DNA from: Rotaria socialis
Taxonomy: Eukaryota
Assembly: GCA_905331295.1 (NCBI GenBank)
Contig: CAJNYD010000589.1
Span: 46,312-66,311, forward strand
DNA length: 20,000 nucleotides
Direction: 5' to 3'
Shown here: positions 10,345 through 20,000 of the stretch, one piece after another
Layout: each line of letters opens with the position of its first letter
Numbering within the stretch: the stretch's first letter is position 1
Notes under the pieces: model-generated
What the model saw: the letters and a program-made list of their open reading frames with translations, nothing else
Database searches by the model: none
Told to the model about the DNA's origin: nothing
Program-made: the position numbers and the translations under genes

Positions 10345-13300
10345 TTAGTCGCAGTAGATGTAAACAGCCATATCTGGCTTCATAGTTTCGCCAAGTTGAA
10401 AATGACGCCCAGTATTTTTTTCTGGGCCACCATCGACAAATGTAAAATGTTGCATTAAGCGAGTTATCATTGTTTTTAACAGTAGCCGGGCTAAATCTTG
10501 ACCCATACACTGACGGGGCCCTCCTCCAAAAGTATTTAATGCATAGCGGTGATGATCTTTATCTTTTGCATCCAAACCAAAAAATCTTTCTGGAATGAAT
10601 TGGATTGGATCTAACTTCCAATAGCGTTTATCTTTGTGCATATTATAGTAAGCCACCAAAACAGTATCGCCCTTAGCTAATTTTATTCCATCGATCTCAT
10701 CATTTTGTTTAAGAGTTTTCATAGTTGAACTGAAAATAGGTGCATGTCGTAACAATTCTTTTACAACACAGTCCACATATTGAAGTTTCTCCAATAATTC
10801 ATTGGTCAAATATGTCTCTTTTGTTATACCATTGGCCATCAATTCTTGTTTAATTTTTTCTTGCACTACAGGATATTTACTCATGTAGTAAATCCACCAA
10901 GATATCGCTGTGGCTGGTGGATCCGTACCGGCTTCAATTATTGATAAAATCTCTTGAAATAGTTCTTCACGCGATAAGCCTAAAAAGAAAGCTACACATA
11001 TTTAACTTTTCATATTCTTATTCCGCATTGTGTACATCAGTATTTGTCCGCGTCTTTGCTTGATTTTTATTTAAACTTTCAAATATATCAGTGTTTTCTA
11101 ACGAAAATCTAATAACTATTGATGTTGTTTCTTTGTAATTATTAACATTAGGATTTCTACTAACTATCAAATATTTCTGCTCAGATGAAAGTAGGAATTC
11201 AGAATGAATTCATTATTTTTATTTTGGCATCATAAACTGAGTAAGTGAGCAATTTGGTTCATAATTTTCGAAGCCAGACATTGATTGGTTAATGTTCGAT
11301 TTAATTCAAAAACACACTAACCGATCACAATACAACTGCTGACTAATGCTTTAGAAAATGAAAGATCACTAATGCCTTGTAAATTCATGAAAAATTTCAT
11401 TTCGCAGGGATGTAGTTGAACTCGAATCGTACCAGCCAGTAGTACATTCATAAGGGGTGAATTTAACTTGGGAAACAATAAAGCAGTTTAAACAATCTCA
11501 ACCTGACGACTAGGTACGATTGTTATTATTCTTTTATCCTATTCCTCTGTACATGAATGAGTAAAACTCTCTCAACATTAAATTTGATCGTACAGATTTT
11601 GTTATTTTCCTGAAAATTCTATCTCCTAACTGCTAGGCAATAACTACATGGTTGAGCATATATTCGGAGTTCATTAAGCAGTACCTTAAACAAAAGAGAA
11701 GCTATTTAGTCTATCTTGAATGTGACACTCATTCCGATTACTTGAAATATATTTAACGGGGAACATTACCTTTTGTTTCAAACTGATTTAATAATATCAG
11801 TACACTTGTAATCAAATATACTATTATAGAAAGCTTGAACTGATCATGTTTTTGTTGTATAATAAGCATCAAAACGATTGTTAAACAAATGTTTAGCAAT
11901 TGTCGGATAAATATTCGATAAACCTGATCTGCTTTTATTTAAATAAATAACTATTACTTCTTCGTCATCATTAGTCAAATTTCATTTAGAATTAATCGTC
12001 TATGGTGCCTTCTGTACTTCTTGGCGAAGTATGCCGCGCAAAATAACGAGATGAAAAAATTGGAAGAAGTTGACCACTATTCTATCTTACTTTTCCAATC
12101 ATCTAACAAGAAAATCGTGTTTCATGGCTACTGTCAGATGATTATAACGCTTAACAGTTTAAATAATTTTTTTTGCTTTCTTCAAATTTCAAGATTCACA
12201 ATTTCATTCCGATTGTTCTTTGAAAAAGTAGCTATATTAAATAATCAAATATTCAGGATTATTTCGATTCTAACGAATAAATCATAATCGTTAAGCTTCT
12301 CATTCGAATGTTAATATGTCAATCGACTATATCATCCAAAAAACTTACAAAGGAATCAATAAAGTTGACGAAACGCATTCAATAGTAGGATCGAAACGCA
12401 TCACTGTTATATACTCGTTTTTACATAACATTGGATTAGATGAGGGCGTGTGTATCGGTGTGTATAGCGTCCTAATCCAGGTGCAGATCTACACCCACAC
12501 CCTTAAAGTCTAAAAAAAGACCCTTATTTTCGCTTTACTTTAACTTTTGAAGTTAAAGTGCCACCCCTAGTTCGGTACCCATCAATTCTATCTTAATTCA
12601 GTCAGGAACCACAGGTGCAGCCGTGCCGACTTCCATGTTCTTGAAAATGCAATATTAGAAAGTCTAAATGAGGTTCGCGATTTTTTACTTCGATTCAATG
12701 TCTGTTTAGTACATACTGATAAGTTATAATTCACTGATTAAGTGGCACTTTCTTTTTCATAAAATACTGCTTAATGGATTACAGAGTACCTTAGTGAAGC
12801 ATCTTGCTAGCTATTGACCAACAGATTGGCTACATATTTATAAGACCTTAGGCACGTATTCCTAAGCTCTTGAATTGTAATATGATAAAATGGGTTGTGT
12901 TCATCATGATTTGTGACAGAGCAGCATAATACATTATCAACGCACGATTTGATCCTATAACATAGTACGCTCATTCATTTTTACTTTATTGTGATTTTAA
13001 AGATTCTAACTCAGCATAACTGCAGTAAATCAGACCTTGGAATTTGCCTGAATTGGAGATTATGTGATCTTTATCAGACTGCTTCAGGGCTATTCACCCA
13101 CGATCACTTATTGACATTAATATAATCATAATCATGAGCGGAAGTAGCCGAGAAATAGTATGAAAAGAAATTATTCTCACAATCTATCTTTTGTAATGTG
13201 TTGAACTGAATTGTTTATGTGTAGCTTCATTTGAACAAATAGTCGTTAAATAACTAACTAATATGTGAACACATTAGTATTATCACCTTTTTATTTCATT

Positions 13301-16300
13301 GAAGATCTTTTGAGAAGATAATAATAAACCAAATCTTTTCTATGTTCATGGCAAAATCTTATTAGATACATATACATCTAAAGTAACCAAGCTGTCGAGG
13401 TAAAATCATCTTTTCACGATCTTGATAAGATTTTACTCGCAAGATATTTTACTGGGGTATCAAATTCTACGATGTGTAAATACTACATATTAAAAAGAAC
13501 AGAATATTCTATTTAAAAGTTTAGCATAGCGGCATTAGCTACAGTTTGTGATTCTATTTGTCATCTCGGAGATCTGAATGGTGTTTCAAATATGTTCTCC
13601 TTTCTGAAAATTATGGAAAGACTATTTTACATCAATATATTCATTCAATCCAATCCATTCGGTCCTGAATTACTTAGATGTTGAAACAACAAGGGGGGAA
13701 AGCGGATCCCGGGATCCATCGAAATTCACTGATCTCATTAGCATAATTTATTCTTTTATGCGTTTACAAGAACAAAAGAAATTAACTTGACGTGTATTAT
13801 AAGAAATTTAACATCAATATATACGCAGAACAACTGTACCGATATTACTAAATGTGCCATAACTGCAACTTATCTATGGGATATTTTTTAATATTTAATT
13901 ACTAAGTGAAGATTTTACCACTTCTCAGCACACTGGAAGCTAACCATTAAGGCATTCAATTGTGCATACTGTATTATGACTATCCATATGCATCAGTTCA
14001 AAATAAAGTTTCTGTCCTGAACTATTTCTGTGATGATGTCTGTTGGCATATTGAATAGTTTGTCATGTTGAAATGAAGGTCTCTGATTTAAACATTAATT
14101 ATTCACTTATGTTCATCAGGAAAAATCAGTAGTGTCATATATCCAAAATTTTGGAGAAGTGCTCACATTTTTGCCGGAAGATGCAGCACAAAGTGTGAGA
14201 GTTGTACATCTCTCAATGACCTGACACATCTCCAACAGCAAATCCCCGCATCTCCTGTGAAAGAAGTGAGCACTACTCGGAAAAATAATACTATTGTCGA
14301 GATAAAATAAATTCTTTGCAATGGTTACTGAATATAGGAAAAATTTGGCACTTTTCAAAGTTTATTGATGTTTTTTATTCATTGCAAGTTCAATAGCAGC
14401 ATTTGAACAACACCTAAGAATTTTTGAACAAAAATTGATTGTTATTCAGCTGAGTAGAAAAAGATTTCTGATAGGAATTTATTTTAATCAGCAGTCGGTA
14501 TATAACTTGTACTGAATGGTAAAAATATAGGTTTTTTTGACGAAAATTGTATGATTATTGAAGAAAATGATGATTTCTATCAGAATTAAGAATCTCATGA
14601 CGAAGCTAATTTATCGGATTCTATTATCTCATCTTAAAATCGGTTAGTCTCTATCGAAATTCAACTAAAATCTAGTGATCTCGGAATGTGATATGAAACC
14701 TAGTTAAATAAGATCAGCTTATGACCAAATTTTATCGAGTCTCATCGGATTCCAGGAACATCTGATGAAATCTGAATTGGATTGGGTTGTACGTGGCTGA
14801 ATTTTTGAGCTAGGATGATAAATTACAAAAATATATAATTGCCTTTAATATTATTCAGCTAGTCTCAGTTCAAACTTCTGTCTGTTTTAACATATCTCAA
14901 TATGAATTGTGATAGATTGATGTGAGATGTTATAAAATTACTCAATGTATATGTCTTTCTTTGTTAGAATAGAATTTGAATTTTACATATTAATCCCTTC
15001 CCCATATTAATAAGGCTTCACGAGAAAATGTTCGTCAGAAACAATAGAAGATTGTATTAGTGATTTGTCATTAAAATATGCCTTTTTCTCCTGTTTTTGA
15101 GCTTGAAATATTAAACGTGCCTTCAGAATTATCATTACACTCTTAAAATTCTTAAAATTGTTTTGGTTCTTGGCAAAACTTTTGAATAAAATATTGGAAA
15201 AACAATTTGAAACTCAATAGGAAAATCCACTGAAAAAGTTTTACAATGGAGCGTAATAGAAGAGCCAGAGTCTTTCGTTACGGAGAAAGGGAAATTGCGC
15301 ATCGTTCTCATTACCCCACTATGTTTTATCTATTTGCTATACAACAATAAAATTTTGCGGCATCTAGTATGATCCGCTGGAGCTGATGGGATCTACTGCG
15401 ATATGCTGGGATCTGGGTTCCTGTTTATCCCCCTTGTAAAACAATAAGCATTTTTATGAGATAAATGTCGTTTCTACGCATTCATGTGATGATTCATCTA
15501 GCATCTAATAAGAAAAAAATATGACTAAGGACGACTGCATCATTCAACAACTATCATCCTTGTTCTCGATCACTCACCTTGTTTTTCTTCTTCTCGCTTC
15601 TTCATTTCTTTTGCCTCATCCGTTTGCAATGATGCTACCACCGATGCGATCAAATTTGTTCTTTCATGTTTTTCGATTTGACGCAACCTATCCAATTCTC
15701 GATTTATAATATCGTTTATAAATTCTCTCCATATATTTTGCGCTTTTTGATATTTTCTATTGAATCTTAAATACATACGAAGTAAGCAACTTGGCAAAAA
15801 AATTGATAAGCTTAATGCAGAATAATTTATGTCAGATACAGTTTGCAGCGCTGAACTCAAAACTTGTTGCCGATTTATATATACTTCATGCAAATCTTTG
15901 TCTGATAGAAGTAAAGCCATCAGAATATCAAACGACAAACTTTGTGTTTCTTCGACAATTTTGCTATTTAAATAATGAGGACCATTGTATGTTTTCCAAT
16001 TGCTAATAAATTTATCCATGCTATCAACAATTTTATTCAAATGCTTTGTGACTTTATTTTTTCTTAACAGAGGCATAAATGCACGAGCGTGTCTTTTATA
16101 TTTTGCAGATTTAATTGCAAAGAATCCATGTTCATAAATCAAACTGAAACTATTTTGGACAATATCACCTAGATCATAAATTTGCCGGTTACTAAATATT
16201 TGCTGTGCGTGTTCGGCTTTATTAAATACATAAAAATGATAAGTGCCTAACCAAAACTGAAATATATCTCCATAATCTTTTTGTAATTTAGAATACACGT

Positions 16301-16466
16301 TAACTAACGATTCACCATCAAGAACACCTGTTTGTAACACATTACCCAACAGAAACTGTGGTTTCAGACCTGGTGCAATGCCACGTAAGGTGAAGTATTT
16401 TATCTTCAGATAAAAATAGAGTACGATAATAAATGATAAAATTACGACGATTGTTGTTAGTAACAT
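10345..16466 (-). CDS. Cytochrome P450, 507 aa; exon 1 16466-15578, exon 2 10979-10345, single 4598-nt phase-1 intron
   Basis: N-terminal TM anchor and PG..P..LGN hinge. Donor G|GTGAGT at 15577 and acceptor TTTTTAG|G at 10980 join in frame (EEKQ-G-LSREELFQEILSIIEAGTDPPATAISWW). K-helix ExxR (KELLR), PERF (FIPERF) and heme motif FGGGPRQCMG are present. No stops in the spliced product. Confidence 0.95.
13690..15436. mobile_element. Non-autonomous/decayed TIR DNA transposon (hAT- or P-like) inside the P450 intron
   Basis: Left end CAAGGGGGGAAAGCGGATCCCGGGATCC; reverse complement of the right end is CAAGGGGGATAAACAGGAACCCAGATCCC. Flanks TGAAACAA (13682-13689) and TAAAACAA (15437-15444) match 7/8. 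Subterminal GGATC/GATCC motifs occur at both ends. No transposase recognised inside. Confidence 0.72.
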
Positions 16467-17046
16467 TTTTTAATTCATCACAATGAGCCCCCAGAGAATC
16501 AACTTTTGTGAGTAGTTTTGTTTTGATCTACTCCTTTTTATATTAAAGGTCTGTACAGTCAGAAACGAGCAACAAAATTACTTTTTTTTCATCGTCACAT
16601 ACCGATGGTTTTCTTTTCTGCTCCTGTAATCTAACTATAGCGTGCGCTTGTGGAGTGTTTTACTGTGACAAAATGAGCTACTGAATCAGGCTTTTTTTCT
16701 ACTTACGTGACCGACATCAAGGATATTGATAACAGTGATGGGACCAGTACGGTTAAAAATTTCTAAAAAAAATTATCTTTCAATTCGGCTCGTTTTCAAT
16801 AATATTTGGTTCGGTTCGACGACCTTCAAATTAAAGTATATATTTTTTTAAATGAAAGAAACGAAAAAGAAAATATACGTTTATACAGGGTTTGCATTAA
16901 AAAGGTGACTCTGTGTGGATACTAACCATGAGAAATCACTCCATCTACCTAAAAACAGATATCATTAATAGCAATAGCGCATGTATGTATATATCTCTAT
17001 TTAGAACGCTTCTGATTAGTAACTTCTATATTTGAATAACGGACGC

Positions 17047-17066
17047 GGGTGTGGGGTGTGGGTGTG
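17047..17066 (+). repeat. Short interstitial telomere-like tract (TGTGGG)n, i.e. (CACACC)n on the element strand
   Basis: GGGTGTGGGGTGTGGGTGTG, separated by 7 nt from the 3' end (minus strand) of the hammerhead at 17074. TGTGGG is the described bdelloid (Adineta) telomeric unit. Confidence 0.7.
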
Positions 17067-17073
17067 AACAGCA

Positions 17074-17117
17074 GTCAAGACTAGTTTCATCCTTGCTGAA
17101 GGGAATCATCAGTTGAC
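17074..17117 (-). ncRNA. Minimal type I hammerhead ribozyme (copy 1, 3'-terminal)
   Basis: GTCAA CTGATGA T TCC CTTCAGCAA GGA T GAA ACTAGT C^TTGAC. Stem I GTCAA/TTGAC, core CUGAUGA and GAAA, palindromic helix III ACUAGU. Predicted GUC cleavage after 17079. Confidence 0.88.
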
Positions 17118-17259
17118 AAATAATCTAAATGATAAAATTAAATTTAAATAAATAAATTTAAAAAATCACAAGATAAAAATATATCTGACATAAATATAGA
17201 ATTAAATTAACTCATATATAAATGTTGATAATTTCAAATAACTGTAGTGTGAATTAGCT

Positions 17260-17304
17260 GCCATGATCTAGATTTCATCCCGGCTAAAGGAATCATCAGA
17301 TGGC
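17260..17304 (-). ncRNA. Minimal type I hammerhead ribozyme (copy 2)
   Basis: GCCAT CTGATGA T TCC TTTAGCCG GGA T GAA ATCTAGAT C^ATGGC. Stem I GCCAT/ATGGC covaries with copy 1, the core is the same, and helix III is the palindrome AUCUAGAU. Predicted AUC cleavage after 17265. Confidence 0.88.
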
Positions 17305-17844
17305 TTAAAATATCTTGAATTATTCTTAATCGAAAATTCAAAACAAATTCTAATATCTTCAAGAATTTACAAAATTATATAAAAATAATAATGTAATAGA
17401 AGATTTCCTTTCACAAATCATTATTCGGTTGGTGATCGTTGTTGAATGAATGATATTACTGTTGTTTGATTTTGTTTTGCTGAATTAATTTTTTTGTTGG
17501 TTTTTCGTTGGTTGGGTTATGTTGTTGTTCCGGTGGATATAAGCAGTGGGATTGTTTGATTTCATATGAAGTAGGTTGAAAGACTACTGTTGTTTCGCTA
17601 TTTGCTGTTGGTGTTTTTTTTATATCATTATTGAGTCTTGAAAAATATGTAATGGTCGTATTTATAGTATCTGAAACAGAAACGAAATGAATTTTGAAGT
17701 AGTGATTTATATTCGGTTGTTTGTTTTAGATCTTGTTTTAAATATTTTTTTTTCGAATGCTATTGAACTGAAATGTATTGCAGACAAAGATGCGTGAATA
17801 CAAATACAATTTGTACTCTGAAAAATTATATACCTATACAAATC

Positions 17845-17961
17845 AGAATAGGTGGCTATGTACTATCATGTAAAGTCATGTAAAGTCATGCACTCTGAGA
17901 ATATATCCAAAAAACTTAGAATAGGTGGTTATGTACTATCGTATATAATCATGTACTCTGA
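17845..17961. repeat. Degenerate direct repeat, ~73-bp period
   Basis: AGAATAGGTGGYTATGTACTATC at 17845-17867 and 17918-17940, each followed by ..TCATGYACTCTGA. The first copy has an internal TCATGTAAAG duplication. Confidence 0.75.
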
Positions 17962-18478
17962 TTAACTGTTTGAATTAAGACAGGCAAGGTAGATATGTAT
18001 GAGAACTACAAATATTTAAGATTTTCTTATCTCTAAAATAGCCGTGAATGGTGGGAATGTGTTTACACAAATGAATTATGAATGTGTTGACGTTCGGTTT
18101 AAAGTATTGGAAATGTCATGCTATATAGCAATAAAGAATCGAGTTGTATATGAAATATTAGCAAGTTATATATTGTCATTCTTATGAAAATCCACTGTTT
18201 TCTTTGTTGTATAGGTTGTTCTCCTATTTTGTAGTTAACAATATGTTATATTTTCGATTAGAAAAAGACGCAAAACATGTAGAGGTATGTATGAAAAAAA
18301 ATCAGAGAAAAAAATAATGAGTTGTATGAAAGAAACTACGCGCAAGTTCTATGTATTGTGATATCATTGACAAATCAAGGTTTTTGATGATCTAAATATG
18401 AACAAGTTATGAATATGGATTAAATATCGTGCTATTCATGGCTGTAGTTTAAGAAGAAAGCTTACCAAGTAACGTTTT

Positions 18479-20000
18479 TTAAAATGGATTGCCGACGTTA
18501 TTGTCTGTATCCATAACGGAACAGCTAATCATACATGTCGACGAAGAGGAGCCTAAATAAAACACATATAACCAATTGTGAGTTGGTGACTTTGTTATCG
18601 TTTCTTTCTTTTTTTTAGAGAAAAGTTTTCAGAAGTGTTCGCAAAACTAACCTTTAACGTATTTTCGACTATATTCGAATTGATTGTCACAAGTATTACG
18701 TTCACAATTCATCAGATGGAATAATACCAAATAAGCAATACGAGCTTTCTTTGATGAGTACGATGATAGAGCATTGTGATATTGTTTCAAGACACTGTTT
18801 CTTTGTTCCGCAACTTCAGTATTAATACTTTTAGCTGCTTCATCTGTGTGAATGTAGTCTAAGTTTCTTTCTTTTTGGCACATAGGCCGTTTGTGATTCG
18901 GTTGATGGAATCGATCGATGAAGAAGGAACATTCAGAAATAAATTTTGATGATAATGTTTGTGGAATATGTCGATTACGATCGCTTTTGCCATATCGATT
19001 CCAAAAGTAGATATTTAAGCTGCAAGCGTTATCATAAATAATCATTTTTGGTAAGTATTGATGATATTGACTATTGATAACATGTATACTTTTGAATAAA
19101 TGTCGTAAAGCGATAAAGCAAGATTCTGATCGAAAAATTTCATAAAAGCCGACAACTATTCCACACGGAGATAATGTGTAAATAATACCTTGTGATGATC
19201 GCTTTTCTAGGCCCACGAAACTAGAAAATAAACTATCTATGCTAATATCGATATACTACCAACATACCGATCTCCTCTAGAAACATTGCATCCCATCAAT
19301 GGATCATCATAAATCCCTTTGTCATCATCAGTTAATAAAGATGTTTCACTATCTTTTAATAAAATGGATTCACGGCATGGTTCACATAAGCCGGACTTTG
19401 CTTTCGGTGTGTTACCACAGCCGATGTAAATTCCATCAGGAAATTCTTCGGTACATTCCTGTTTATTCTTATTGGTACAAATTGGTCTCGCAACTTTTGC
19501 ATGCCATCCAAGACAAAACATCTCATACAGCCAGGATCTATATTCTTTCTTGTTGCTGCACATGGATGTGTTCGATGATGAGTTGCCCAATGATTAACAA
19601 AATCATTGTACCATTGATCGTAGTTAATATAGAAAAAGTCATAGATAGAATTATTATCTAATAAACCTGGTATTTCAAATTCACGAAGATCATTCATAAA
19701 AAATGTATATAACGATAACTGATATATAAACCAAATGTTGGAAAAATATTCTCGACTAATTTCAGATGTTATCTCATGTGCCTGAAATAAAAATGCCAAA
19801 ATAGGTTTCAAAAACAACTTCTCCAGTGGAAAAACAGCAAATCAAAAGAAATGAGTACTTCTGCGTACAAAAGAAATATATATATAGAAAAAGCTTATCG
19901 ATTTCTCCAATACTAAATATCTATACTTACGGCACTTTTATTTGAATTCAGATTGTGATATTTTTTAAGAGATAGATTATACGAATTTTCGAAGTTTTCA
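18479..20000 (-). CDS. KDZ (Kyakuja-Dileera-Zisupton)-type transposase with upstream Cys cluster (CxC6-like); spliced, 5'-partial, one apparent 1-nt frameshift near 19495 (possible pseudogene)
   Basis: Motifs CFVLDGMQK..RPIC..GCGNTP....LC, PCGIVVGFYEIFRSES, IIYDNACSL, FIDRFHQPNH....C and INTEVAEQRNS. Predicted in-frame GT-AG introns: 19930-19782 (phase 0), 19267-19221 (47 nt, GTATGT..TTTTCTAG, giving GDR-FVGLEKR) and 18651-18553 (phase 1, adding GSSSSTC..GNPF*). Family assigned by motif recognition, not an HMM search. Confidence 0.82.

Larger units (their letters stand above)
17047..20000 (-). mobile_element. Putative 3' end of a Penelope-like (Athena/Terminon-type) retroelement: ORF, then tandem HHR repeats, then reverse telomeric repeats
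   Basis: Co-oriented intron-containing ORF, two tandem hammerheads with cleavage sites 186 nt apart, and a terminal (CACACC)n. No reverse transcriptase lies in the window, so linkage of the ORF to the HHR end is inferred. Confidence 0.6.

Noticed and set aside
12491..12502. ACACCCACACCC, two reverse telomere-like units
   Set aside because: Only 12 bp with no adjacent hammerhead; it lies in an imperfect local inverted repeat and may be chance.
9090..14358. Short ORFs at 9090, 9939, 12021, 12316 and 14116
   Set aside because: No motifs; three lie inside the P450 intron. The 14116 ORF shows no hAT or P transposase signature that I could recognise.
14762..14775. Other CTGATGA/CTGACGA cores (14762, 11502; minus strand at 14114, 18709, 19325)
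   Set aside because: No stem II plus GAAA/NUH with a closing stem I, so not hammerheads.
13646..14790. Weak inverted similarity CAATCCAATCCATTC / GAATTGGATTGGGTTG
   Set aside because: Short and imperfect, no TSD, and it would cross the better-supported 13690-15436 element.
15521..16006. Plus-strand ORFs of 62 and 71 aa
   Set aside because: Antisense shadows of P450 exon 1 with no motifs.
16733..16820. hAT-like single ends (CAGTGATGGG with TTCGG motifs here; TAGGGGTGTCACA at ~2698) and Tc1/mariner-like TACAGTG/TACAGGGT starts (~3507, ~9784, ~16884)
   Set aside because: No matching opposite TIR or TSD found in the window.
19299..19661. Plus-strand 120-aa ORF
   Set aside because: Antisense to the KDZ gene; no recognisable domain.

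Overview
AT-rich eukaryotic genomic DNA, not prokaryotic: it has short GT-AG introns (47-150 nt), a membrane-anchored P450 and many decayed transposons. TGTGGG repeats and tiny introns suggest a bdelloid rotifer (inference). Two host-type genes look intact: a 2-exon stand-alone SET/post-SET methyltransferase (+, 5909-6667) and a 2-exon cytochrome P450 (-, 16466-10345) whose I-helix Thr is replaced by Pro. Repeats include a tRNA-derived SINE, two Tc1-type transposase pseudogenes and two CAAGGG-ended elements with near-perfect 8-bp TSDs, one only 69 bp long. The right end is the most interesting part. A spliced, frameshifted KDZ (Kyakuja-Dileera-Zisupton)-type transposase gene on the minus strand is followed on the same strand by two tandem minimal type I hammerhead ribozymes and a short reverse-telomeric (CACACC)n tract. 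This is the 3' end architecture of Penelope-like Athena/Terminon retroelements, here possibly carrying a KDZ transposase as its terminal ORF.
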